This document shows positions 1 through 8,907 of a DNA stretch of 64,000 nt, one piece after another. The notes beneath the pieces were generated by a model. It was given only the letters and a program-made list of their open reading frames with translations, was not told the origin of the DNA and did no database searches. Position 1 is the stretch's first letter, and every line of letters starts with the position of its first letter. The translations under genes were made by a program, and so were the position numbers. The DNA is taken from the NCBI GenBank assembly GCA_045649545.1, contig JAZRQE010000043.1, forward strand, positions 476-64,475, read 5' to 3'. The DNA comes from Acutalibacteraceae bacterium. GTDB taxonomy: Bacteria; Bacillota; Clostridia; Oscillospirales; Acutalibacteraceae.

Positions 1-27
1 ACCCACCGCATAACGCGGTGGGTTTTA
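1..27. terminator. GC-rich hairpin ACCCACCGC-N5-GCGGTGGGT plus T-run, just beyond the cysK stop and cut by the window edge
   Basis: Perfect 9-bp stem 1-9/15-23 and TTT 24-26 read directly. Any minus-strand U-tract would lie outside the window. Confidence 0.45.
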
Positions 28-37
28 AGATTTAGTA

Positions 38-964
38 TTAATCAAACATTCCTGTTGAGAGGTAACGTTCACCTGTATCGGGCAGGAGAGCTACGATTGT
101 TTTACCTTTGTTTTCGGGTCGGCGTGCTAACTGTAAAGCCGCAAAGCAGGTAGCACCTGAAGATATACCAACCAAAATCCCTTCGGTGTGGGCAATTTCT
201 TTTGCCATAAGCATAGCATCGTCGGATTTGACGGCAATGATTTCATCAATAATATTTTGGTCAAGATTTTCAGGCACAAAGTTTGCACCTATTCCTTGAA
301 TTTTGTGCGGACCTGAGTAGCCTTTCGATAAAAGCGGCGAGTCAAACGGTTCAACAGCCACTATTTTCACATTGGGGTTTTGCTCTTTTAAATATTTGCC
401 CGTGCCGGAAAGCGTACCGCCCGTACCCACCGATGCAACGAAAATATCAACAGTGCCGTCGGTATCGTTCCAAATTTCAGGACCGGTCGTGTTATAATGA
501 GCCTCGGGATTGGCAGGGTTATCGAACTGTGAAGGGATAAACGAGCCGGGGGTGGTTTTAGATAACTCTAAAGCCTTTTCAATAGCACCGCTCATACCCT
601 TACTGCCTTCGGTTAATACAATTTCAGCACCGAACGCCTTAAGCAGGTTTCGGCGTTCAACACTCATAGTGTCCGGCATAGTGAGTATAACTTTATATCC
701 GCGTGCCGTCCCGACCGACGCAAGACCGATACCGGTGTTACCGCTTGTGGGCTCGATAATGGTCGCACCCTTAGTGATTTTGCCGGTTTTCTCAGCAACG
801 TCAAGCATACTTAAAGCAACGCGGTCTTTAGCACTGCCGGCAGGGTTAAAACACTCCATTTTACCTAAAACCGTTGCCGAAATTTTATGTTGCTCGGTTA
901 AATTATTAAGTTTTAATAGTGGTGTGTTGCCAATTAGTTCGGCAACCGAATTATAAATTTTCAT
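38..964 (-). CDS. cysK: Cysteine synthase A (O-acetylserine sulfhydrylase)
   Basis: 308 aa. KIYNSVAELIGNTPLLKL N-terminus and the SGNTG and GTGGT loops are typical of CysK. ATG 964 is preferred over TTG 976 because GGAG lies 6 nt upstream. Confidence 0.9.
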   Translation of the reverse strand: MKIYNSVAELIGNTPLLKLNNLTEQHKISATVLGKMECFNPAGSAKDRVALSMLDVAEKTGKITKGATIIEPTSGNTGIGLASVGTARGYKVILTMPDTMSVERRNLLKAFGAEIVLTEGSKGMSGAIEKALELSKTTPGSFIPSQFDNPANPEAHYNTTGPEIWNDTDGTVDIFVASVGTGGTLSGTGKYLKEQNPNVKIVAVEPFDSPLLSKGYSGPHKIQGIGANFVPENLDQNIIDEIIAVKSDDAMLMAKEIAHTEGILVGISSGATCFAALQLARRPENKGKTIVALLPDTGERYLSTGMFD

Positions 965-1508
965 TTCGTTCTCCAATTCGTTTTGTCAAAATAGCACCGG
1001 GTAGTTTTCTTAATACCGTCACAAGCGGGAAGATAAGAGTTCCTACGAATATATTACCCACACAGTGTATTGTGTCATAAGGCAGACCCATAATAACCCA
1101 AGTGAAAAATTGGCTCCAATCGCCACCTGTAAACAATATAATATGTGCCGGAGCATATAAAAGACCAAATAGAAGTCCATGCAAACCGCAAACGGCAATA
1201 TAAACAAAGGTTGCTACAATAGGTTTCATATTGCGGGGTAATAGCATTACAACCGCCCAAAGCACCGTCCATACGTAAAGGTAAGGTAGTGTCCAAGGTG
1301 ATAAGCCTGAAAAGAACAACGTCAAAAACACATAAACATATATGGGAATCAGTGCTTTTAAACGGTATACCACCGTAAATGTGACGGTGAACATTCCTAT
1401 AAGATGTATATTCGGCAATAATTCCATTATTATGTCCGAAATATACATTAACGTACCAAACGAGGCAAACAGAACGATTTGGAAAAGCAAACGTCCTGTT
1501 TTACTCAT
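951..1508 (-). CDS. Small polytopic membrane protein, possible ECF-type S component (CbrT-like) for a corrinoid
   Basis: 185 aa, about 5-6 hydrophobic helices, no soluble domain. ATGA start/stop overlap with the upstream DUF4430 gene. The operon lies behind a cobalamin riboswitch. The family call is contextual inference. Confidence 0.5.
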   Translation of the reverse strand: MSKTGRLLFQIVLFASFGTLMYISDIIMELLPNIHLIGMFTVTFTVVYRLKALIPIYVYVFLTLFFSGLSPWTLPYLYVWTVLWAVVMLLPRNMKPIVATFVYIAVCGLHGLLFGLLYAPAHIILFTGGDWSQFFTWVIMGLPYDTIHCVGNIFVGTLIFPLVTVLRKLPGAILTKRIGERNENL

Positions 1509-2023
1509 TCCTTAGTGTATTGGAACCAATATTCAGCGTCTTTTACGATATCGGTTTTATCAACGCCGGTTGAGGCATACTTGCCGTCGATATAAAATGC
1601 CCAATAAGCCTTATCTTTGTCGTAATCGGCGGTAATGCCGGTGACGGTTTTAACATAAAGACCGTATGCACCTTCCTCACCGGAAATCATATTCAGGTCT
1701 TGCAGGGCATCACCAACGATTGTTTTGTTAGTGAAAACACGGTAAATAGTGTTAGAATCATTTGGACCGAGAACGCGGAAAATAAACGAGATGTTGCCGT
1801 TACCCTTGTTGACATCGGTGGCGGCTACGCCATAAGTATCGCCCGGAACATAAGACGAGGTTTCACTAGAACCGGTTGATGCAGTTGCCGACTGTCCGGG
1901 AACATAGTTGTCTTGGGGTGTTTCTTTTTCGCCGCAAGACGTGAGTGAAAGTCCTATTGCCGCAATAAGACAAATTGATAAAATGAGGGACATAAGTTTT
2001 TTGATAAAGTTTAAATTTTTCAT
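1505..2023 (-). CDS. Lipoprotein with transcobalamin-like C-terminal (DUF4430) domain
   Basis: Signal peptide with lipobox LTSC. The C-terminal GAYGLYV...AYWAFYIDGKYASTGVDK...DAEYWFQY resembles the DUF4430 pattern. AGGAGAAA RBS upstream. Confidence 0.7.
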   Translation of the reverse strand: MKNLNFIKKLMSLILSICLIAAIGLSLTSCGEKETPQDNYVPGQSATASTGSSETSSYVPGDTYGVAATDVNKGNGNISFIFRVLGPNDSNTIYRVFTNKTIVGDALQDLNMISGEEGAYGLYVKTVTGITADYDKDKAYWAFYIDGKYASTGVDKTDIVKDAEYWFQYTKE

Positions 2024-2094
2024 TTATCATTTCTCCTTTTTTGTTTTGAAAACTATTCTTCGGCACTCGCAAAGCTGAAATTTCAGAAGTTTTC

Positions 2095-2260
2095 TGTTTC
2101 GGATTCGGTCTTCCGACTTAAAGCAAAATTAAGTCACCTTCTCAGTGTTACCCAATGGCTTATCTCCCTTTGCGGCAGGGGATAGACTTGATAAATCAAA
2201 CTAATTACGGCGGCGTGCCCGTGCAGGAGTTACACCTGCTTCCCATTAATCCGATAACAT
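2095..2260 (-). promoter_or_regulatory. Cobalamin (B12) riboswitch
   Basis: Minus-strand RNA reads AAUGGGAAGCAGGUGUAACUCCUGCACGGGCACGCCGCCGUAA (conserved core), then GCCAUUGGG...GAAGGUGAC, then the B12-box-like AAGUCGGAAGACCGAAUCC. P1 is CGGAUU (2248-2253) pairing with AAUCCG (2100-2105). Confidence 0.8.
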
Positions 2261-2355
2261 TTTACCACTTTTTTTAATGCATTTCAATAGTAAGTTATTG
2301 TCAGCCAAAGCAAAAATTTAAGCGGAAGGGTATGTCCCTTCCGCTTAAAAACATC

Positions 2356-3267
2356 TTATTTTTTATCACCCATAGTAAGCACCAAAACTGCCTTTTGTGC
2401 GTGCAGGCGGTTTTCTGCCTCGTCGAAAATCTCGTCGGCGTGCTTTTCAAAGGTTTCTGCGGTAATTTCTTCACCTCTGTGAGCAGGTAAGCAATGCATA
2501 ACCATTGCGTCCTTATGAGCCAACGACATAAAGCCCTCGTTAACCTGATATTCTTTGAATACACGTTCACGTTCAACCTTTTCGTCTTCCTGACCCATTG
2601 ATGCCCAAACGTCAGTATAAACGGCGTCGGCGTCTTTTACGGCTGCACCGATATCCTCTGTGCAGGTGAATTTGCCGGTAGCACTTGCCCACTTCATAAT
2701 ATCGGCATCAGGCTCGTAACCCTTAGGACAGGCAATTGCCACTTCCATACCGCACTTAATACCGCCGACAATCAGCGAGTTTGCCATATTGTTTCCGTCA
2801 CCGACAAAGGTAAGTTTAAGTCCCTCTAAAGAGCCTTTATGCTCACGGATTGTCATTAAGTCGGCTAAAACTTGGCAGGGATGACAATAGTCGGTCAAAC
2901 CGTTGATTATGGGGATTGAGCCGTATTTTGCCAAATCCTCAACCTCTTGTTGAGCAAAGGTACGAATCATAATACCGTCTAAATAACGTGATAATACACG
3001 TGCGGTATCCTCGACCGGCTCACCTCTGCCGATTTGAAGGTCGCGTGAACTTAAAAACAAAGCTTGACCGCCCAAGTGGTACATACCGGCTTCAAATGAA
3101 ACACGGGTACGTGTAGAAGATTTTTGGAAAATCAAACCTAATGTTTTACCCTTTAAATAGCGGTGGTCAACGCCGTGCTTTTGGTCGTATTTTAACTGGT
3201 CGGCGAGATTTAAAATTTCTTCGATTTCAGCGGTTGATAAATCGCCTAATTTAAGTAAATGTTTCAT
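2356..3267 (-). CDS. argF: Ornithine carbamoyltransferase
   Basis: 303 aa. STRTRVSFE, HPCQ, DVWASMG and HCLPAHRGEE motifs. Confidence 0.92.
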   Translation of the reverse strand: MKHLLKLGDLSTAEIEEILNLADQLKYDQKHGVDHRYLKGKTLGLIFQKSSTRTRVSFEAGMYHLGGQALFLSSRDLQIGRGEPVEDTARVLSRYLDGIMIRTFAQQEVEDLAKYGSIPIINGLTDYCHPCQVLADLMTIREHKGSLEGLKLTFVGDGNNMANSLIVGGIKCGMEVAIACPKGYEPDADIMKWASATGKFTCTEDIGAAVKDADAVYTDVWASMGQEDEKVERERVFKEYQVNEGFMSLAHKDAMVMHCLPAHRGEEITAETFEKHADEIFDEAENRLHAQKAVLVLTMGDKK

Positions 3268-4427
3268 TCTTCAATAATCTCCTTTAAGATTTTCAGAGCT
3301 TTGTCTACCTGTTCTTTTGTTATGTTTAAGGGAGGCAACAATCTTAATTTCGTTTTTGCGGTTAAAACCAAAACACCCTTTTCCAACGCTTTATCGCTGA
3401 GCTCTTTTGCCGGTTTTTCGGTTTCGATACCGAGCATAAGTCCTAATCCTGAAACGCTTTTGACACCGTTAATTTTCAAAAGTTGGGATTTTATGTATTC
3501 TGATTTCTCTGTGACCTCGTCAAGCAGTTTCTGGTCAATTCTTTTAACAATGGACACAGCACCGGCTGATACTACGGGGTTTCCTCCGAAGGTTGAGCCG
3601 TGGTCACCGCCCTTTAATGTAAACTCGGTCTTTTCACCGAAAATACAAGCACCAATCGGCAATCCTCCGCCAAGACCTTTTGCGGTTGTGATAATGTCCG
3701 GTTTTAAATTGAAATGCTCGCAAGCGAAATATTTACCTGTTCTGCCGTTGCCGGTCTGCACTTCGTCGGCAATAATGAGAAAGCCATATTTTTGGGCTTC
3801 CGTTTTAACACAGTCGATAAATTCTTGCGATAAGGCGTTAACTCCGCCCTCACCCTGAACTAATTCAAGCATAACTGCGGCGGTATCACTGCCTACAGCC
3901 GATTTCAAAGCCTCGCAATCGTTAGCGGGGACAAACTCAAAACCGTTTGTAAAGGGGCCAAAGTCTTTATGGAAAACGTCCTGACCTGTGGCGGAAAGGG
4001 TAGTAACTGTTCTGCCGTGGAAACTGTTTATTAAGGTGATTATCTTACCCTCGGCACCGTTATGACAGTCGGAATAATATTTACGTGCGGTTTTTATTGC
4101 ACATTCGTTAGCCTCTGCACCCGAATTGCCAAAAAAGACCTTTTTCATTCCTGACTTTTCGCAAAGCAACTTTGCCAATTCAACACACGGCTTTGAATAG
4201 TAAAGGTTAGAGGTGTGTTGAATTAAATTCAACTGCTCAATTACTGCATTTTTCCATTCTGTATCGTTAATACCGAAGGTGTTTACGGCAATACCTGAGC
4301 CTAAATCAATGTATTTTTTGCCGTCAACATCTGTAATTTCGGCACCGTTACCGCTTATTAATTCAACATTAAATCTGCCGTACGTGTTAGCGACATACTG
4401 TTTATCATTTTCAATAAAATGTTCCAT
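3264..4427 (-). CDS. argD: Acetylornithine aminotransferase
   Basis: 387-aa class-III aminotransferase. 4-nt overlap with argF. Lies in the arg operon. Confidence 0.88.
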   Translation of the reverse strand: MEHFIENDKQYVANTYGRFNVELISGNGAEITDVDGKKYIDLGSGIAVNTFGINDTEWKNAVIEQLNLIQHTSNLYYSKPCVELAKLLCEKSGMKKVFFGNSGAEANECAIKTARKYYSDCHNGAEGKIITLINSFHGRTVTTLSATGQDVFHKDFGPFTNGFEFVPANDCEALKSAVGSDTAAVMLELVQGEGGVNALSQEFIDCVKTEAQKYGFLIIADEVQTGNGRTGKYFACEHFNLKPDIITTAKGLGGGLPIGACIFGEKTEFTLKGGDHGSTFGGNPVVSAGAVSIVKRIDQKLLDEVTEKSEYIKSQLLKINGVKSVSGLGLMLGIETEKPAKELSDKALEKGVLVLTAKTKLRLLPPLNITKEQVDKALKILKEIIEE

Positions 4428-4430
4428 TTT

Positions 4431-5285
4431 TTACCCCACAAACATTGTGCCGATACCTTCGTCGGTGAGAGTTTCTATTAAAATTGCGTGCGGAATACGT
4501 CCATCAATAATAAATACCTTTTGAACTCCGCGACGGATAGCCTCAATACAACATTCAACCTTGGGTATCATACCGCCTTGGATAACGCCGTTTTTAATGA
4601 GCAGGGTAGCCTCACTGACGTTAACTTTTCTAATCAGCGAATCGGGGTCGTCTTTATCTCTCATAAGACCTGAAATATCGGTCATGGAAATAAAACTTTC
4701 AGCCTTTAATTTGCCTGCAATTTCTGCCGCGGCAGTGTCGGCATTAATGTTGTAAACATTACCCTCACCATCACAACCTACGGTTGAAACAACGGGGATA
4801 TATCCCTTTTCAAGCAAATCCAAAATAGGTTGGGTGTTAATATCGGTAATTTCACCGACAAAGCCTAAATCTTCGTTCATTTTTTCGGCACGAATCATAT
4901 GTCCGTCGATACCACAAAGACCAATAGCCTTACCGCCGGTATTTTCCAAAAGGTTGACTAAATCCTTGTTGGTTTTACCTGCCAATACCATTTGTACGAT
5001 TTCAACAGTTTCTTGGTCGGTAACACGAAGTCCGTCTTTAAATACCGATTCTTTGCCGACTCTTTTCAACATTCCCGAAATTTCGGGACCGCCGCCGTGC
5101 ACCAAAACAACTTTAGCACCGACTAACGATAAAAGCACAATATCGTGCATAACTGCGGCTTTAAGTTCGCCGTTTATCATAGCGTTACCGCCGTATTTTA
5201 TAACGACGATTTTACCGGCATATTTTTGAATATAAGGTAATGCTTCGGTTAAGACCAAAGCTCTTTGAGCGTTATTAATTTCCAT
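4431..5285 (-). CDS. argB: Acetylglutamate kinase
   Basis: 284 aa amino-acid kinase fold. KYGGNAM and VHGGGP motifs. Confidence 0.92.
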   Translation of the reverse strand: MEINNAQRALVLTEALPYIQKYAGKIVVIKYGGNAMINGELKAAVMHDIVLLSLVGAKVVLVHGGGPEISGMLKRVGKESVFKDGLRVTDQETVEIVQMVLAGKTNKDLVNLLENTGGKAIGLCGIDGHMIRAEKMNEDLGFVGEITDINTQPILDLLEKGYIPVVSTVGCDGEGNVYNINADTAAAEIAGKLKAESFISMTDISGLMRDKDDPDSLIRKVNVSEATLLIKNGVIQGGMIPKVECCIEAIRRGVQKVFIIDGRIPHAILIETLTDEGIGTMFVG

Positions 5286-5305
5286 TATAATTCACCCTTT
5301 CGAAA

Positions 5306-6523
5306 TCAGGTTCTGTAGTCGCCGTTGATTTTTACGTAATCGTAGGTCAAATCGCAACCCCAAGCGGTCGCGGTAGCGTCACCGCTGTCTAACGTAACAA
5401 GAATTGTAATTTCTTCTTCCAAAAGAATTTTCTTTGCAATTTCTTCGCTGAAATCTACACCTGCACCGTTGCGACAAACTTCGATTTCGCCGGAAACCGA
5501 CTTAAACGAAACGCCGACTTTGGTAACATCTAAATCAGCACCGCTGTAGCCGATTGCACAAAGTACGCGACCCCAGTTAGCGTCAGCACCGAAGATTGCA
5601 GCTTTAAGCAGTGACGAGCAGGCGACCGACTTGGCGACTGTTCTGGCAGTCATTTTATCGGAAGCACCCGAAACGATAACCTCCATAAGTCTTGTTGCAC
5701 CCTCACCGTCACGTGCAATGCTACGGCAAAGGTAAGAGGTTACGGCAAACAGCGCTTCTTTAAATGCCTTAAATCCGTCACTGTCAACACTGTCAATAAT
5801 GGGGTTTTCAGCCAAACCGTTGGCTAAAATACAACACATATCGTTGGTTGAGGTGTCACCGTCAACGCTTACCATATTGAAGGAATCTTTAATATCCTCG
5901 CTTAACGCGGTTTGAAGAATCTCAGGTTTAATATTAACGTCACTTGTGATAAAAACAAGCATAGTTGCCATATTGGGATGAATCATACCTGAACCCTTGG
6001 CAATACCGCCGATGGTACACATTTTACCATTTACTTCGAACTTAAAGGCAATTTCCTTAACCTTGGTATCGGTGGTCATAATACCCTCTGCAGCACGGCG
6101 GCTGCCCGAAAAGTCAAGCTCTTTTATTAGCTGAGGCATACCGTTTGCGATAGGGGTAATGTCAAGCGGTTGACCGATAACGCCGGTCGAGGCAACGATA
6201 ACGTCACTTGCATTAATCTTTGCATATTGCTGAACTAAATCACACATACCCTCGGCAATTTCAATACCGTTGGCGTTGCAGGTGTTGGCGTTACCGCTGT
6301 TGCAGATAATTGCCTGTGCATAGCCGTCAGTTAAGTTTTTCTTGGTAACGGTCAAAGGTGCACCCTTGACAAGGTTGGTTGTGTAGGTTGCGGCTGCAGA
6401 AGCCTTAACCTCGCTCACAATCAGTGCTAAATCGCGTTTTGTTTTATTCTTTCTAATTCCGCAATGGATACCCGATGCTTTAAATCCTTTTGCGGCACAA
6501 ATGCCGCCCTCTGTTTTTATCAT
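5306..6523 (-). CDS. argJ: Bifunctional ornithine acetyltransferase / N-acetylglutamate synthase
   Basis: 405 aa. HPNMATML autoprocessing site. ATG 6523 has AAGGTGA 5 nt upstream and is preferred over GTG 6532. Confidence 0.9.
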   Translation of the reverse strand: MIKTEGGICAAKGFKASGIHCGIRKNKTKRDLALIVSEVKASAAATYTTNLVKGAPLTVTKKNLTDGYAQAIICNSGNANTCNANGIEIAEGMCDLVQQYAKINASDVIVASTGVIGQPLDITPIANGMPQLIKELDFSGSRRAAEGIMTTDTKVKEIAFKFEVNGKMCTIGGIAKGSGMIHPNMATMLVFITSDVNIKPEILQTALSEDIKDSFNMVSVDGDTSTNDMCCILANGLAENPIIDSVDSDGFKAFKEALFAVTSYLCRSIARDGEGATRLMEVIVSGASDKMTARTVAKSVACSSLLKAAIFGADANWGRVLCAIGYSGADLDVTKVGVSFKSVSGEIEVCRNGAGVDFSEEIAKKILLEEEITILVTLDSGDATATAWGCDLTYDYVKINGDYRT

Positions 6524-6535
6524 TGTAATCACCTT

Positions 6536-7468
6536 TTATAAGTCTAAACCTTCGGTTTCGTCGAAACCAAGCATAATATTCATACATTGTACTGCGGCAC
6601 CTGAGGCACCTTTGCCCAAGTTGTCAAATCGAGCCGAGACAGTGAAACGTTCCTCATTACCGCAAACAAAAATTTGCATTTTGTCTTTACCTGACAGGTT
6701 GTTCGAGCCCAACATAGAGCCGGTGCTTTCACCGTTTATATCCGAAACATCAATAAACTTTGCGTCAGCGTACTTTTTTAAGTAGACCTGTTTTACTGCC
6801 TCAATACCGCCTTTGACCTGACTTTTGAAGAATGGTACGGTTACTAACATTCCGCTGTAATAGTCGTCAACAATGGGGGAGAATACGGGTTGGTTTTCAA
6901 GTCCCGATATTGCTGCCATTTCGGGCAGATGCTTATGTGTTTGTCCCAAAGCATAAATTCTGGCACTGTTCATTTCGTCTGACTTCTCATTTTCGTATTG
7001 AGCAATCATTTTTTTGCCGCCGCCGGAATAACCTGTCAATGAAAAGCAGGTGATAAGAGCATCACTCTCAATCACGCCAGCCTCAACCAACGGACTGATT
7101 AAAGCGTTAAAGCCGCTTGCGTGACAGCCGGGAACAGCAACACGCTTTGCGTTGGGAAGTTTTTCTCTGAACTCTTTTTTTAGTTCGGGAAAGCCGTAAA
7201 CCCAATCGGGATTAGTGCGGTGAGCAGTCGAAGTGTCAATTATTTTAACATTCTCATTTTCAACCAAGCTTACCGCCTCGATTGCAGCGGCATCAGGCAG
7301 ACATAAAAAAGCTACGTCGCAAGCATTTAAAAATTTGCGTCGTTCTTCCAAGTCCTTACGCTTGTCCTCGTCGATAAGCATAAGTTCTATATCTTTTCTC
7401 TTACTTAAACGCTCGATTATCCGAAGACCGGTTGTGCCTTCGCGTCCGTCAATGAAAACTTTGAACAT
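6536..7468 (-). CDS. argC: N-acetyl-gamma-glutamyl-phosphate reductase (short form)
   Basis: 310 aa. Catalytic PGCHASG. GGAGG RBS. First gene of argCJBDF. Confidence 0.9.
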   Translation of the reverse strand: MFKVFIDGREGTTGLRIIERLSKRKDIELMLIDEDKRKDLEERRKFLNACDVAFLCLPDAAAIEAVSLVENENVKIIDTSTAHRTNPDWVYGFPELKKEFREKLPNAKRVAVPGCHASGFNALISPLVEAGVIESDALITCFSLTGYSGGGKKMIAQYENEKSDEMNSARIYALGQTHKHLPEMAAISGLENQPVFSPIVDDYYSGMLVTVPFFKSQVKGGIEAVKQVYLKKYADAKFIDVSDINGESTGSMLGSNNLSGKDKMQIFVCGNEERFTVSARFDNLGKGASGAAVQCMNIMLGFDETEGLDL

Positions 7469-7518
7469 TTTTGACCTCCGTCAGTTGTAAAAATATGCTC
7501 CCATGCTATGTTCTTATA

Positions 7519-7546
7519 ATTATACAACAAAAATGAATAAAATCAA
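7519..7546 (-). promoter_or_regulatory. Probable sigma-A promoter of argCJBDF
   Basis: On the minus strand: TTGATT (7541-7546), 16-nt spacer, TATAAT (7519-7524), about 50 nt upstream of the argC ATG. Confidence 0.5.
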
Positions 7547-7777
7547 GTGTTTTTTATAAATTTATCTAATGTATGCAAAATCGCCGTTTTTTACTTAAAA
7601 TACTGTAAAAAAGCAACAAAACATATAAATTTTGGATGTATTAAAGATTTGCGGTTAAAATCATTGATTTTAAGAAAATGCATAAATACTCTAAAATTTT
7701 GCATATTAATACATTTCCATCGCAATTTGAGGGTCATTCTCGCGGTTTAATATGTAAAGATAGTGGTAATATTTATA

Positions 7778-7982
7778 ATAATGATTGTAGTTAGTCAAAA
7801 CGCTTTGAAAACGTTTTGACGAGCCACTTAGAAGTGGCACTAACAAAACCAAATTGCATAATTTGGTTTTGTACGACAATCATTGTAATAGATATGGACA
7901 AATTTTCTTTGAAAATTTGCTACAAAATCAAAGATTTTGTGTCGAAACAGACATGTTTCGACTAACCATAACTATTATAATA
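7778..7982 (+). repeat. Six-hairpin structured intergenic element, copy 1
   Basis: Hairpins at 7794-7820, 7823-7838, 7843-7872, 7899-7919, 7922-7940 and 7941-7962. Flanked by GTTAG/CTAAC and AATGATTG/CAATCATT pairings. No ORF. Homologous to 26143-26351. Confidence 0.75.
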
Positions 7983-8076
7983 GTGTAAATAATGTGTAAA
8001 TTTAAAATAGTTAGGTTTACTTTTTTCCAAAATAGTGGTAAAATTTAGTAAGAATATTTTTTTACGGAGATATATT

Positions 8077-8907
8077 ATGCAACCTACTTTTAGTGAAATT
8101 AAAAAAGCGGCACGAGGTGCGTTAAAACATCGTTGGCCTGAAGCTATTGTGATTTCGGTTGTACTTATTGCTACATTGTTGCTTAATACTTTTATGCAAT
8201 ATATGTTGATGAGTATCTTTAAAGTTAAAGAGGTTTGGACACCGTTCACTCCTACTGATTTACCGCTTTATAGCCAATTAGCAAGTGTTGGAATAACACT
8301 TTTTTCTGCAGTTTTCAGTTTTCTTATAATGTTTCCTTTGTTTTTCGGTGTAATGCGTTGGTTTTGGTTTGTTACGGGTGGAAGTTCAGTCAGTGTTGGA
8401 GACATTTTTTATTACTTTTCCTCGCCGAAAACCTTTTTTAAAACATTAGGTCTTTCAATAAGACTGTATATAAGGTTGGTTATAGGTGCTATTGTTTGTT
8501 TTTTGCCTTATATTACAGTAGGTATTTTAACATCACCTCATTTGTACGATAGTTTGGGAGTTTCGATGCCGATTGTTATGAACGGCTTGTTACCGTTGGT
8601 ATCGTTTTTCAAATTGTTCGGATTTTTAGCACTTTTAATGTGGATTAGTGTTTATATTTTGTGTTACACTGTAATTTTTTCCGAACCCGAACTCTCATCA
8701 GGCAAAACTATCCGCCGAACTGTCAAGGTGACAAAAGGTTTCAGGTTTAATACGGTAGGATTTTTCTTCAGCTTTTTCGGTTGGCTTTTGCTGTCACTTT
8801 TGGCGGTGCCGCTTATTTTTACAGTGCCTTATTTGTTGGCATCGTTTGCGGTTTACGGTCGTGAGGTATACCGTGCCTCAAAACATACTGAACAGCAGTC
8901 TCTATAA
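8077..8907 (+). CDS. DUF975-like polytopic membrane protein
   Basis: 276 aa from ATG 8077 (GGAGA at 8066-8070). About 6 TM helices. The FSEIKKAARGALKHRW N-terminus is reminiscent of DUF975. Confidence 0.6.
   Translation: MQPTFSEIKKAARGALKHRWPEAIVISVVLIATLLLNTFMQYMLMSIFKVKEVWTPFTPTDLPLYSQLASVGITLFSAVFSFLIMFPLFFGVMRWFWFVTGGSSVSVGDIFYYFSSPKTFFKTLGLSIRLYIRLVIGAIVCFLPYITVGILTSPHLYDSLGVSMPIVMNGLLPLVSFFKLFGFLALLMWISVYILCYTVIFSEPELSSGKTIRRTVKVTKGFRFNTVGFFFSFFGWLLLSLLAVPLIFTVPYLLASFAVYGREVYRASKHTEQQSL

Noticed and set aside
7528-7548. ARG-box-like sequence (minus strand CTTGATTTTATTCATT) overlapping the argC -35 region, plus an imperfect ATGCATAAAT/ATTTTGCATA repeat at 7678-7710
   Set aside because: The half-sites are 2 nt closer than in the ArgR/AhrC consensus TGAAT-N4-ATTCA, and only one box is visible. 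This is too weak to call an operator without a motif scan.
7547-7750. 67-aa plus-strand ORF in the AT-rich argC upstream region, and the 95-aa minus-strand ORF at 7962-8249
   Set aside because: Neither has an RBS. Both have low-complexity, AT-driven composition. One overlaps the repeat element and the DUF975 start. They are likely spurious.
7794-7962. Operator-like readings of the hairpin element: a cre-like site (TGAAAACGTTTTGA), a CodY-like site (AATTTTC-TTT-GAAAATT) and Spo0A-box-like TGTCGAA / TGGCGAA
   Set aside because: Each motif has wrong spacing or a mismatch and is not preserved in the other copy. Stem pairing is preserved by compensatory changes instead. The palindromes therefore look structural rather than protein-binding sites.
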